Positions 32,201 through 47,941 of a stretch of 64,000 bases of DNA are shown piece after piece. A program made the position numbers and the translations under genes. The stretch is from Podarcis tiliguerta (taxonomy: Eukaryota). Numbering within the stretch: position 1 is the stretch's first letter; each line of letters opens with the position of its first letter. The notes below the pieces were generated by a model. That model saw only the letters and a program-made list of their open reading frames with translations, was not told where the DNA came from and searched no databases. The stretch lies in NCBI GenBank assembly GCA_965153285.1, contig OZ229119.1, one strand, 5' to 3'.

Positions 32201-35200
32201 AGCCAGGGAACTCTATGCAACCTCTGCAAGCTTTCCTCACAGCCCCAGATCAAGATTCACTGAGAAGCTTTTGAAACAGAAGACTCAGCTGTTGCATGTT
32301 GACAGGTGAGACGGCAGAGGAAGAATAATTGCCGTACAATCCTCTGCCTGCCAGTCTTGTCCATCTGTACTCCACTCTTCCGACACAGATGGCAAGGTGG
32401 CGTTCTCTTTCACAGCTCTAAAATATTCAGTCATGCTCTCTGCGCCCGTGAGGTTTGTGTGTCAGCTTTGTTTCCTCTCTCACCTGATTCTTCTACAGAA
32501 TGGAGAAACGGGAAGAATGCGAAAGTGACTCAGTCATTGGAAATAATGTTCGGTGGATGGGGAAATGATGTAATGCAGCTTACAGTGCCACACCACTGTT
32601 CACCTTGCCATTCCAAACACTTTCAGGTATTTGCACAGTGCTTGGCACTTGGAACACCTTGACACTGAGATATTTCAAGTACGGTTGTCACCCAGTAACA
32701 GAAAATGGAGTGAATTACATCCATCCATCTTGTTCTGAAATCACCCTCTAGATAAGAGTCACCAACTCATAGGGCCCCCAAAGCCCTAAAACCTCTTCTT
32801 TCCTTCAGAGAGATCTTAGTGAGTCTAGTATAGGGGGGCTGAGACTCCTCCTCATTGAGTACTTTCTTGTGTTTCTGGCCTGATCTCATTCTCGCTTACT
32901 CATCCCTCAAGAGCTGCTCTTGTAAGGAGTTCACTTTCCCGGCTCACCCCTGGGTCACTGTAACCCAGAAAGAGTTCCCTGGCAGTTCCTGTTGATGCAA
33001 TGCTTTACTTTCCCAATCCATGCTGCTTCTGTGGTTGTTCTCCCCCAGCCCAGCTCCTCTCTTTCACCTGAGCAGGCCGAGGAGGGAAGAGCATCCCACA
33101 CAGCTCTGCAGGTACTAGCTCTAGCCATGCCAAGCCTCTGACAAGTCCTAGTTGCAATCCATTAAAATGATGATGATGATGATGATGATGTGGTGTGCAT
33201 GGTTGTACCCCCCTCTGTCCTCCCAGAAATGCTGTGAGGAAGGCTAGGCAAAGAGAAAGCTACTGGAGCAAAGCCCTTCCCTGAGCTCCATGGCTGAATG
33301 AGCTTTTAAGTTTCAAACTCCCTATTCCTAGCGTGACACTTTACTTGAACCACTGGCGGTGGGCAGGTCAGTGTGTTCTGTTTACAGGGGCCCATTGCAC
33401 CCACCCACCTCTGTCAGTGTGGGCTGTGCCACTCAGGGCATGTGGGGAGGTGCACCTTTCTGCAAGGTGTTCCCAAGTGCATCTGCTTTACTGCTCCACG
33501 GAAGTGCAGGAGAGCTATTTGCTTATGCCATACATGAAGCATCATCCATCAGCTGCTTCAGACGTCAGGCAGGTGAGAAATGCTTTGAAGCCAATCATTA
33601 AAATAAAAGACACCAAAAAGGAGTGCATGACTGGTACAGAGGGAAACACATGCTGCCAATTACTGACCACATACCCATCCATCCTGGGTTCTCGCTTCTT
33701 GGTCAAGTTAGTTTGCGGTGGGATGTCAGGACCTGCTTGCTATTTCACTAGACAGACATGGTTTTCCTCTTTCCTTCTCCTAATGCTGCTTAAACAGCCT
33801 GACCAGGAGCCCAAGGAGGTGGGGCTGGGCCTGCCTGAGCTGTTTAAGTATGCCTGGAGGTAAGGTTCACAGACAACATCTTGAGTTTTAAAAAAACTCC
33901 TCCTGATTATATGAGGAGGTTTCAGGGGCGAACAAAGGGGAAATGTGTATCCTCCCCACCCAGCCTCAAACCTCCCCCCACCCATGTAAGTCCCCAACAA
34001 GGGTTTGTTTCAGGCTGGCTGGAGACCTAACCAGGTACGTTCCTGCGAGGGGCTGGGGGTCTGCTTCAGGGCTCCCACTTGTCACAGTCCAATTCTAAAA
34101 GGCTGAACAAATCCATAACATGCTTCTTCTTTGTTCTCCAGCGGTGACATTACCTTGTAACCAATCTTCAATTGTTTGGACATGCTCTTTTTGTGGACAG
34201 GCATCAAATAGCTGTCAAGTACTACAATTCTATGATTCCGTGAATTTGTCAAATTTGTCTACATTCAAACATATTGCTGGTCAAAGACTTTCATTGGCTG
34301 GCTGTTGTACATTCATAAAGGTGTACGTCATCTCTTGGTTTTAGGATGAAAGGAAGTTAGGCATGGGTTATTAAGGCTTATTATTATGGGTCTTAGCAAC
34401 TGTTAGGCTTGCCGTATGTATTGACTGTCAGTGGATGAATATGAACCATGAAAATAGATTTACCAAAGTTACTAGACCATCCATATACACAGACCTCTGC
34501 TATTTATTTGCGGCCAAAAGAAGAGCCAAGTTGTGTAAAACTTTAGTACCTGGTTGCCTGGAGATGTTGCATAAAATGCTGGTACGTAAATGTTTAAAAG
34601 CCTGACCTATGGGCATATATATTTTATAAGACTGGATTATTATTATATTGCCAGTGAAAAATCCAATGAGCATCTTTTAATCATTGTTATTGCATAGAGA
34701 TGTAACATACAAACTTCCTTTCCTGTGCACTTTCACTCCTGCACGTGTGTCTTCAAAATCAGTGGAACTTGTGTACGGATAAGAAGGCACAGGGTTAGAT
34801 CACTGTCACAACTACAACCAATTCATAGCCAAAGCTGCAGATAGTGTCAAATGTTGTCAACATGTCAGATCAATAGATCTCATCATTGCCGACTGCCCTG
34901 AAGACTGCCCTGTGCTGTGAAATATTGATTACCTAGCAAGTCCAAATCAAATGGCAAAAATGATCTATAATAAATTATCAAAGCTAGTTAATCCAACACC
35001 TCAATCTCCTTATTATGCAGGCTGTTTTGTTGAATGATTCATGCTCTCATTTGCTAGGACAAAAAATTGCTCCCTAGTGAGGCACTGGACAGAAATACCT
35101 TAGCTACAGTATTTGTGGGCAGAATAGTAAAAACAAGCTACAACAAACAGCTACAACTCACTGCACTGTTGGGGCGTAGGATGTGCCTGGGAAAAGAGGA

Positions 35201-35662
35201 GCTGGGGAGAGCAGGGGGCAATCGCAGTGGTTCTTTGTGCCTCCTCCATGAGAGGGTGGCAACACGAGAATGGGCCTCATCTACAGTGGCTCCTCATTCA
35301 ATCAATGGTTAAAAAAACATGAAATAATATATCAACTTTTTTTGCCACAATCAATTTCCATAATAAAATATCACAGATGTCCTGTAAGGTTAATGACCCA
35401 CCCCCGGATGTGTATTGGGATGCTTGCAGGTAAAAATGGACATTTCCTTGGATTTGGCAACTGACTGTGATGTAGAGAAGCTCAGGCCATAAGGTGGTTG
35501 CGCGGGGTACTCCCATTTATCGCTATACAAGCTATTTTTACTGAACCACAAACCACTCTAGAATAGAGATGGTGACAATGTTTTTCCAAACCAGGCTCAG
35601 AAATGAACCGTGGCAAGGTCCCTAAAACCCCTACCCCCCAAAAAAAGAGGGGAGTGTTTTCA

Positions 35663-36688
<1,026 letters not shown>

Positions 36689-38159
36689 CTAGGAAGAAGA
36701 ACATATATATTAGCTCATATGACCCCATTGCAACCATGAGCAGGGGGCAGATCCAGAGCATTTGTTTAAAGCACATTCAACATACACTTAAAGTATATGA
36801 CTTCATCCCTAAATCCTGTGAGTTTTCTCCTCACAAAGCTGCGATTTCTGGCACTCTTAACAAACTACAGCGCCAAGGTTTAGTTTGGGGAAGTCACACA
36901 CTTTGAATATTGAATGTGCTTTAAAGATATGGGGTGGATCTGCCCCACATGGCAGATGATGACAGTTTTACACAGATTGGTTCCAGATGTATTAGAGGGA
37001 ATATATGATGAAAATTTCTCCTTGCTGGGTTTGGGGGTCCCCCCCCCCCCCAGGAAATACCTGTTTTCTAAAACAATATATCTTAGTATTCTGCCACCAC
37101 ATTCTGAAGCAGATGTTGGCGAGGCTTGAATGTGCAAAGCAGCTCCATGGAAGTTTATTGTGTTTGAGGGTACCTGAAAGGTTACTTTCTAGAGTTTTAT
37201 CTGTGCTGGCTTTTTCCTGCAGGCAAATCAGCTACTCAAACGTACTATCATCAAGTGAGCAACATTCATGTTAAAATGCTTTTTGACATTTTATCCAAGA
37301 AGCTGTAAAGAGGTAGTCTGAGAAGTCACCGAGTTATTTACTCAGGCCATAGTCAATAGATATTAAAATTATACAGTGCATTCATGGAAATTTGAGAGCT
37401 AAATCTGTTAATTGCATCACTAGGATATTCTAAGAAGATTTTATTGCATTCGCTTAAAACAGATTCTCTAACCACATTGGCGCCTGCAGGGAAAAAAATT
37501 AAGAAAAAATAACCCTGAAAAATGAAACTGTGCCTGTTCAGAGTTATTGCCTGCCAGCCATCTTGGATATTAAACTGTAAAAATCTAGCTAAATATTCAT
37601 TATCTGCTATTATAGCACCCCAGGAAGGCAGTGCCTTAAAGCCTCTTATGACTTGATTAGCAAAGCAGAACAGTCAGAGCGGAGGCACTTTCCTTCCAAA
37701 GGAGGCCCCTGATTCACACCTTTTTTATGCCAACTTTACAGCATTGCCATTCCATCTGCGGAGGAACATGGATGGTATGCCACCACCCCCGTGCCCTCCT
37801 GCCACGGACACAGCCCTGAATTTTGCAAAGGCTGTGCTCTCAGACAACCTGCAGGCCTAAAGGTCCTGCCCACAGGGGAGGGGGCCTGCAGTAACGATGG
37901 ATGATTCACTGCTCTGGCCTTGGCTTCTCTGGCACTGGACAATTTTCTCAGATGCCTAGGGAACCCTGTTCTTCATGCTGTCCTCTGTATGTAGCGCTCA
38001 TGTTCAGAGCATGGACCTCAGCAGCCACACACCACAGGGGCTTCCTGGAGGGAATCTGCTAAGAACATCTGCACAGGCATAGGCTCTCCCATGTGACTGG
38101 GACCCCAGTTGTGCAGGGACTCCTTACGATAGGGAGATCTGAGCTGCTGTTCACTTGGA

Positions 38160-38449
38160 TATGCTTTCTTTTGGCTCCGGGGGCTGGGCCCGAAACAATG
38201 GCTTCAAGTTAAAAGAAAAGAGATTCTGACTGAACGTCAGGGAGAGCTTTCTGACAGTCAGAGCTGTTCAACAGTGGAACAATCTCCCTTGGGAGGTGGT
38301 GGACTCTCCTTCCTTGGAGGTTTTTAAGCAGAGGTTGGGTGGCCATCTGTTGTGTTGTGTATGATCTAGTTGAGATTCCTGCACCACAGGGGGTTGGACT
38401 AGATGACCCTCAAGATCTCTCCCAACTCTACAATTCTATGATTCTATGA
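38160..38449 (+). mobile_element. CR1 3' fragment
   Basis: AATGGCTTCAAGTT...GAGCTGTTCAACAGTGGAAC...GGGTTGGACTAGATGACC and terminal (TTCTATGA)2. Confidence 0.85.
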
Positions 38450-38699
38450 AAGTGTAGATGTTGAAAGAGCAGGCCCAGCAAAGCACATGGCATCAGGGAG
38501 AAATGGGAGAGAGGGGTTCTGCTTGAACCAGCTCAATCTGAACATTTGTCTGCTGTTCTCTCCCCCAGGTATTTGGTGATTAATGTCACACATCTTGCTT
38601 GAGGCTTGGTTCTCTAGCATAAGCTGAAGAATGAAAAGAAAGGGCACTCAGCCTGTGGCTCTCAGGATCACAGCCTGGGCAGAACCTGGAGGAGATGCC

Positions 38700-38860
38700 T
38701 GAAGATCCCTGGAGGTCATGTCCATCCCCCTGCCATGCAGGAATCTCAAGTAAAGCATCCCTGACAGATGGCCATCCAACCTCTGCTTAAAGACCTCCAA
38801 GGAAGGAGCGTCCACCACCTCCCAGGAAGACCTTTCCACTGTCCAACAGCTCTTCACAAT
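38700..38860 (-). mobile_element. CR1 3' fragment, inverted relative to 38160-38449
   Basis: Reverse complement encodes WEVVDAPSLEVFKQRLDGHLSGM; homologous to the neighbouring copy and to 60790-60880. Confidence 0.85.
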
Positions 38861-40465
38861 ACTTCTGAACTGCTCTCCATCCAAGGGCTATCACAGCCGG
38901 GTTTGGCAGTTCAGGTAACATACTGTGGCCAATAGCTATGTCTGTACTGTCAAACAGCTCTTACCATTAGAATGTTTTTTCTGTTGGTGTACCAGGTGCC
39001 TTCACCATTGTTCCCTAATCTGGTGCTCTCTGGATGGTTTGGATTACAACTCCCGGCATCCTTGAACATTGGTGATGTCAGCTAGGCCTCCTGGGAGGTT
39101 CAAACCTCTTGAGAGCACCAAGTTGGGAAAGTGTACTTCAGACTCTGTCTGGCCGTTTCTTGACACCCTATATGCTGGTTTCATTTGGAACCAGGCTCAG
39201 ATTATGGAGCTGGGGGGGGGGGCTGGCTGGCTGTGTCCCCTCTCAAAAATGTGCCTGGATCCACACACACCAGCCCCCCCCCCCATTGTGCCCCTGTGGT
39301 GTCCAGCTTTTATGGAGCTGTTGAGTTTACAGAACTGAGAAGCGATACTGTTTATATGACCAATTAGACCTCCGAATACTGGAATACCTTCTAAGGTGGT
39401 GGAGATGCCTACATGGTTGGATAGTTAGCAGATACTGAAAAGTGTGAACTATATTAATCAAATCCTATTTAGAAATTGTTAGTAAACCAGACAGGGGGAA
39501 TCCAAATTGCATCCAAAATGAAATGACATGAAAAATCTGGAAGGAAAGCACAGCTAATTAAATGGAATTACATTAGAAGAGCTCAGGAATGAGAAGAATG
39601 ATATTCTTCCTTCTCTAGCAAAGCTAAATTCACACAGTGCTATTCCCCCACTGGTCTTTCTAGGCAAACTCTTGCTGCCATCTCTCTTTCAAACTCACAT
39701 GATTTTAATTGGCTCCAGATTATGCTCTTTAGATTTTTTAAAATTTTTACTATTGACTGTGTGTGTCAAGATGCTCATTGCTTATTTACCGTTTTTTGTG
39801 GGTGGGAGAGATGATGAGGGAAGCAAGAATCTGGCAGGAGAAAGAAAGGATCAGACTGACAGCTGTCCAGACAGAATTTGCAGGACATTGTAAATATTGC
39901 TGCAAATTACAACAAAGGCAGAAACGGAGGTGCTCTTTGTTGGAATAGCTCAGCTCAGCACACCTTATCACTCTGCCTTCACAGTGTTTATCATGAAACA
40001 TGCAGTGAGGGTGAGCTATGAGCCTCAAGACACATCCTGTGGAGCCTTCCTGCTGATTTTCATAAGGATATTCAAGAGAAGGTGGCTTCAAACCTACTTC
40101 ACCCACTGCCCATATTTAAGCAATATGATGATTGCCTTTGTTCTCTTTGACAGGCAGTTTTGGAACAATGATGGTGATGGATCATCCCACTCCAGGGATT
40201 AATGAAAGGAAGCCACCCCCACCCCTGTTCCGCACGCAGAAAGACCCTGCCGTTAAAGGATCTTAAGAATACACGGAGGAAGGCTTTCTCTGCCTGAGAC
40301 CTTGGAGAGCAGCTGCATTGAGGAAAACCCTGGGCTATGAGATAGACCACTGACCTAGCTCAGGGCAAGTCAATTTCATACATTCCATTTGCAGCAGAGA
40401 AGCAGGGAGTTCTTCGGATGTGCATACATCTAAAACTTCCAATGTGTGGAAGTGTGAGGTTTTGA

Positions 40466-40960
40466 TGTGAGGGTACATCCCTGGGAGAACCCTCTGTGGA
40501 AGCCTCAGAAGAGGATCAGAGCCAGGGGAGAGGAGGTGGACTTGGAAGACAGGTCAGGGGATGAAGGGGAACACAATGGTGGGGTGCTGACAGGTGAGAG
40601 AGAGAGGAAGAAGAGGCAGCTGGGAAGGAGGGGGGTGAGGCTGTAACAGAGTCGGAGGAGCCTCCTAGTCCTGCTGTACTGAGCTCCCCTCCACGCTTAT
40701 CTCCAGCAGCTTTTGCAGAACAAAGAGCACAGGGAGCACAGCCCCCCCCCATGGAGTTTAAGATTGCTGCGAAAAGAGCCAGATGGGAAGGAGACAGGCG
40801 GAAGCGGGAGACTCAGATGGTTAGTTCTGGCAACTGCTTTACCAGGGCCAGTCTTGCCCATAGGATTCTCAGTTTGAATTCCATTTCCTTGAATAAAGAA
40901 TCACCTTTATTGCTCATCTCTGAGTCTCAGTGCTGACCTGCAGCTGAACCAGCCCTGACA
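40466..40960 (+). mobile_element. Probable older Gypsy-type solo LTR
   Basis: TGTGAGGG...CCCTGACA termini, purine-rich 5' part and AATAAA at about 40892, in the same layout as the intact element's LTR. No TSD is recognisable. Confidence 0.55.
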
Positions 40961-43646
40961 TCCCCTATGTCAGGCATAGGGAACCTTTTTGGCTTTGTGC
41001 ACCCAGTTTGACTGCCCACCTGTCAGTTGCCTGACATCACAGGTTCTTTGAAGTCCCGAACTTGGGACTTCAAAGCACCACAGGAAGCCCAGGCATCAGG
41101 TGCTGGAGGGAATTACCCAATCCAGGAGACTTCAGCTCTAATGCCCATCAACTCTGTCACCCATTGGCCCATTGATTTCTAATTTAGGAGTGTATATTTA
41201 AGACTCTTAAACTCTCTGGGCATTCAGTGCTCCCCCACGAGTGGGGGTGGCCCCACTCATGCTGCCATTCTAGGCTTTGCCACCCTCCATATTCTGGAAG
41301 GTCAATGCTCACAGCAGGAACATGCAGGATGGCCAGAGTTCAAAATTATGTGCAGCGGCTTCCTGAGTACAACAGGCTCCCTTCTGTAGACGTTCCCCCT
41401 TCAATGCTTGGGCAATGGTGGGGCTGGGCATTGGGGTGCTGTAGAGCAGCTGGGCTGGGCAGCAAGGCCATGCTCACCCTCAGGCAATTCTAAACATGTG
41501 AGGGAACTGAAGGCCCAAATAGATCTAAAAGGTTCAACAGATATTTACACGTGGAAGGACCATGCCACTAGAGCAGAGATGTATTGTAGCATAGTGACTA
41601 AAAGGGGCACATCAGTGGTGGTGCCTGCATGTGCAACTTCCACTGAGGTGCATCTGGCCCCAACTCTCCATACAGTTTTAGGTGACTGGTTAGGACACAC
41701 CTTTTATGGTTACTGGAGGAGACAGACCTGATTAGACAAAGGAATTCATTAGACAAAGGAATTCATTCCAATTAGTAATTGTGATTTAGGGATTTGTTGC
41801 ATTGTTGTTGTTGCTTTTAAATGGATTTTATGTATTCTTTTAATTTTATTTGACCACTGTTGTAAAATGTGGCTTATGCAAAGAATAGCATATAAATAAT
41901 CTAAATCAGGGGTGGGGATCTGGATCTGGCTAAAAGTCCAGATCCTTATCTCTCCCACCCCAACAGGCCAATTTGACAGGTGGGCACCTGATGTCACAGT
42001 GCTGTCAGGTGACCCCCTTCATCCGTACACTTTGAAAATAAACCATGTAGGCTTAAGCTTATAATGCACAATGCCTGTTGCCCTGAAATCAGCTTGTGGT
42101 TGGAACTTCAAAATGCCACACACAAGTCTCTACAGGTTTAGGTGACCAGTGGAGCCTGCAAACCCATTTTTTGACCCAGAGAGATCTTTACTTGCCCCAC
42201 ACCTGACACGTAAGACAGGTGGCTGTGGCTTGGCCAACATGGCTTCATGAGCCAAATGGTGAGGCCTGGTGGGTCTGCTTTAGATTTCCCACTGCTGCTA
42301 GAAGAGTTGGGGTTTTTTAATCAGCTGACAATCAGGAAATCACAGGTGCAGATTTTTTCTCTGCCCACCTTATATGTGGGTGATGTAGAGTCACGCCTCC
42401 ATGTAACCTTAGATGCTATGTTACATGCATCATGGGAGGCAGGGTGTCTGCTCACCACTCCACTGTCCAAGGAAGGTCCCTGCCTATTCAGTGTGTGCTC
42501 TACAGAGCAATGTGCATGCACAGATCAACCCTGTCTCCCTGACTTGTTGTGACCATGGTTTTATGCTGAATGGTCACAGAATGGCAACCTTACTGAACAT
42601 AGAGTGCATATAGAGTTCCCCAGATGGGCAGGGTGGTATTACTACTACTACTATGTGCATTGTCCAGTTGAGTCCTTTGTCACCTTGTCCCCAGTTTGAG
42701 TTTCAAGTGCTTGAGCAAACTTTCAGATCCACAGCTGTTATTTCTTTCCCAGAAAAAAATCTTTTCAACTGGACCCTAATCCTGCATTCTAGCACTGAGG
42801 CCGTTTGCTATTGATCTCAGGAGGAAGGTCTGCTTGAGTCAGAAGCTTGTAAACACATATAGCTGGTACAAAATGCATTACTTGTTACACCTTTATAATT
42901 TCAAGTCATGAAGGAGAGCCTGAGCATTTGGAACTGGACAATGTACTACAGTGCTCTGAGCCTTCTGTTAGCCGTAGAAACTAGATGAGATGACCCCAAA
43001 GGTCTACATTCCTTAATGCCATTTCTTTGATTCTAAGGTGGGCACTATTAGTCCCACAAGTGATTTATGCCAGTTTCACTAGAAGAAGAAACCAATATAT
43101 GTGTAAGTTTCATTATTCCATATTGCAAGGTCCTGCCCCCTAGACTGAGTCCAAAACTCACAATTCTTTGAGAACAAAAGTCTGCTTACAGCTCCAGAGC
43201 ACCCAGACGTTCTTGGAGAGGAGCAACTTATTCTCCCCAAGCCTCCCTTTGTCTGGAAACAGTTAGAGTCCACCTTGAAGATCTAGCTGAAGTGGGCCCT
43301 TCTTTGAGAGTCTTCTCAAATAGCCTATGTAGGGTGGGGTGAGGGGAAATGGAGCAGAGTGCACCCTTATTCTTCCCTGTCAGGCACTACCTCCAAGGCT
43401 CGCTGTCATTCTGCTTTTGCTGGTGGCCCTCTCCACCAGCAGAATTGTCCCATTTCAAGACATCTCTGGGACAGCAGTGTTCCTCCATCACTTCCAGCCT
43501 TGGCTCTGTTTACATCTAGCTGATTATGCGGTAAGGACATCAGAGGGCCTGCAGGTGCAGTGTATCTGCAGGTACAGGTACAGAACTGGAGACAACTGTG
43601 TTGGTTTAAGACTCAATGAATGAGGGCAAATGAAAACTTGTTCTTA

Positions 43647-44183
<537 letters not shown>

Positions 44184-45273
44184 TCATTCCTTCCAGCGCA
44201 TCGTGTGGCAATCTGAAATGCCATCCCATGGGCGAGGGAGGCGCAAGCCGGCCAGATCTTCCATCAAGTCTCTAGAGAGATGAAAAATGGTTAGAAAAGC
44301 CTAAAGTAAGACACATGATGGCTTTTCCCCACTGAACACATACTGAGCTGGTCTTTAAGGTTTCAGAGGACTCTGAAAACATTTTCTGTGGTGTAGGAGT
44401 AACCATGCACCCAACCCTTCATCTCACAGCTCCTGAACGTGTGGCACAAGGGCTTTGCAGAGATAGCCAAGTTCACATAACTCTTCCCACTCAAAAAAAG
44501 CACATGGGGGCAGGCAGTGATGTGATGAGTGTAGGCGACGATTGTGCACACAGTGATACATGTGAAGCTCTTGCATTTTATGAAATGGGCCTCTGTCCTT
44601 ATGTCACAATGCAGTGAGAGTGATCTGTTAGCACGAAGAAGATTCAGCTGTGGAAAAGAAGAGCTCAGGAAAAAGAAAAGCCCCCTGCACCCAAATACTG
44701 GGCAGTACAAATGTGATGCACATGGACCAATATACACTGACTAACCATTGACCAGAGTTGCCAGCTCTGACTGTGTCAACCACATGTTAGTGTGCTGTCA
44801 ATCAAGACACCTGCTTTACCCTTCCTGGCTACATAACTAGGCTTTCTGGTTCACTGTTCTGCCTGGGCACATAAACATGAGTGTAGGCAAGGGAAGAGTA
44901 GGTTCATTGTCCTTGTCACAAACCCTACTCCTGTTCCTCTTCAGAATCCCCCTAGTTTGCCCAAAGACACTCTTCAGCCATGCACTCCAAGGAAAACCCC
45001 CACATAGATACCATATATTGCTGAAATTAGGGGTGGCTAACCTTTTTGGAGCCTAGAACCACATTTGCCCAATCCTCAGGGTGGGGCCGAGCACTTTGAT
45101 CAACATGCCAGTGGTAGGCAGCCTGTACAGATGGTAGGAAGAGCCAGGTACACCTGCTGTTGGCCTCAGAGGGCTAAGCCAGCTTATGCTGTCATGCCAA
45201 GAATGCCCCGTGCCTCCCAGCTGACCAGGGACTTCTGCCCTGCACCTCAGACAAGCTCTGTATGGGCCTGGTG

Positions 45274-45310
<37 letters not shown>

Positions 45311-45318
45311 GCACACAC
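45274..45318. repeat. Compound (TC)n(AC)n microsatellite
   Basis: Read directly. Confidence 0.85.
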
Positions 45319-45684
45319 CCACCCACCCACACCCTGATCTGCACAGATCATCTGAGGAAGGAGGGTTATCTGAGAACTAGGGAGCAGTTGACTTGCATCA
45401 CATCCGGTCAGATGTGTGAGAGAGCACTAGTGTGAGAGAGCACTTTCATCTGCTTTAATGGCGCAACCTCGAATTTCCCGGCATGTGCATATATTTCCTC
45501 CTGCAAAATACTAACTGTCCAGAGTTGCTTTGGCTGACTGCTGTGGGAAACAGGATGTGCAACTCAAAAACGATATTGTGGACCTAGCAATAATATGGGA
45601 AAAGTGGGCAGAGAGAAGACTCGCTCTTTTCCTCTCATAATACTTGAACCCAGGGTCAGGCAGTGAAGATGAATGCCTGATTAA

Positions 45685-46055
45685 GAACAGACAAAAGGAA
45701 GCACTTCTGCACATAGTGCCCAGTTGAACAACAGCATGTGCTCCTGGGAGATTTAGTGGTGGCCAGCGACTTAGATGGCTTTAAAATGGGACTGGACAAA
45801 TTCATGGAGGGTAAAAGTGGTTATTAGTCATGATGGCTATTTAGTGCCTCTAACATCTGAGACAGGACACCTCTGAATAGGAGGGAATTGGCGGGAGAGG
45901 GCTATTGTGCTCATGCCCTGGTGGAAAGTCATTTTGAGTTCCACTTTTCTGGAAAAAGCATCATCATCATTGACATTTGGTTGGTCTCTATGGAAACAGA
46001 ATGCTGGACTAGACAGGGCTTTTGTCTGCTCCAGTAGGACTCTTACATTTCTGTG
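45685..46055 (+). mobile_element. CR1 3' fragment (related pieces at about 30100-30290 and 13930-14145)
   Basis: TTAGATGGCTTTAAAATGGGACTGGACAAATTCATGGAGG...CAGAATGCTGGACTAGA. Confidence 0.6.
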
Positions 46056-47797
46056 TTGAGATTGAGCCTGGGTCACAAGCAGGAGGACTATTCTTACATT
46101 TTTGTTCTCTTGGGTTCCCCCGGATCCAGCTTCTCATTCTGTCCACTCTGGTGGGGCTGATACCAGCTCCCCGCTAGATGCATAGCACCCCTGTCTGGTA
46201 GATTGTGCCTCTGATCATGCCAGAAGCAAGCCTAAGCACTTACACACACCATATATTCTGGGTGAGGTATGTATATTGGGGGGAGCACTGGTTGTTGTTT
46301 TTTGTCCTTGATCCTGTTTCATTAAATTGCAAGATTGGTGTGTTAGCCCTCAAAGTAAATCAAGTATGGTAATATTTATATAGGGCACTTTAATAATGCA
46401 TGACTGTACTTACCTTTTTCCTTAAAGCAGAATTTATAATGATGGCACTTGCAGGCCTATGTATAATTTAGAAACACTTAGCATTATTTAAAAGAGAGTG
46501 CTAAGAAATTTAAAGGAGAGAAAATTAAAATTTAACACCAAAAGAAGGAGAACCAAGGTTGTTTGTTGCTGTAGTTTTCTTCTCTTCCTTCTCCTTCCCA
46601 CCCATGTGATGGTGAGGCAAAGGAGGGGGATCTGCAGGCTTTAAATTGGTAGGGACTCCTGTAAAATGGTCAAGACACTTTTTCTATTGACAAACAGTCT
46701 CAACTGTAGCTCATCTAAGAAGTCCAGAGTTTTGCCTTCATGGACGAAAAGTGATATCTCTGCTGCAAAAAAGTGTCTTCGCTATTCACCACTGGCAATC
46801 TGCTTTTGTTATTTCATGTGCACAATCTCCAAGGTTAGCAAAGAGAATGTCTCCAAAGGATAAGAGCTACCAACATATCCCTGGTGTTTGGATATGAATT
46901 TCAAGGACTCATCTCAACAAAGGGAGGAGTATTGAGAGCCCTGGATATTTCATAATTAAATTCCAACTGGAGAAGAATTCACATTTAAGCCCCCTTCACC
47001 TGCGGAGCACCCACTTCCCTTCTCACCCATCCACCCAACTGTATTGGAGAGTGAGGTTTAGAAGAAAGATTCTTAGTCTCTCATAGCAGATTTAGCAACA
47101 TGGAGATTGCTCCAAGCAAATTAAAACCTGGTTAGATTTGCATCTACCCTCAACCACCTTTCAGCAAATGTTCATTACAAAAATACTTGGGCTAGAATAA
47201 ATCACAGACAGTTAGCTTTGCAAATAAGTGAAGATTTTTCTCACAGAGGTTTCAGAAGTTACAGCAAAAAAAATTAAGACTGCATGGTTCCTTCTTGTTC
47301 CAGGAAGCAGAGTAGAGCAGTACGATAAATGTAAGGTTTCAGCTGCCCTTGGGGAAATTACATTTCCCAAGGGCTACCAGGATCTTGCATACACCATAAA
47401 GTCCTGCCTCGTTCCTTCACCCAGTGACTGGTTGGGTGGGAGGGATTTGGGGGCTTATTATTTTATTTTATTTAACAAAATTTATACACTACTTAACTGT
47501 ACTAACATGTCTAATGGGGTTACAGTGGAGACAAAGGACAGCCCAAGTTCAGAAATGAGGCAAGTTATTTCCCAATTTTGGGGGCAGATAACTTGGCTTA
47601 CATTCTAGACAAATCTGGTGCAAACCAAGAGTTGTGCAATGACTGCAGATTAAGAACTCTCTGTTTGCAGCCGGATGCTGTTCTGCTCTGTTGATGTTTT
47701 CTAAAAAAAGTCATATATAGTTTTGCTTAATTCTGCTGAAATCAGTGGGAATGAAAAGGACTTAAATTTTGGTGGATCACAATCTAGTATTTAAATA

Positions 47798-47941
47798 GTA
47801 AAGGTAAAGGGACCCCTGACCATTAGGTCCAGTCATGACCGACACTGGGGTTGCGGCCTTCATCTCGCTTTATTGGCCGAGGGAGCCGACGTACAGCTTC
47901 CGGGTCATGTGGCTAGCATGACTAAGCCGCTTCTGGCGAAC
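47798..47941 (-). mobile_element. 5'-truncated Sauria SINE
   Basis: Reverse complement of the 3' part of the 49588-49950 element (GTAAAGGTAAAGGGACCCCTGACC...CCGGGTCATGTGGC). Confidence 0.85.
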
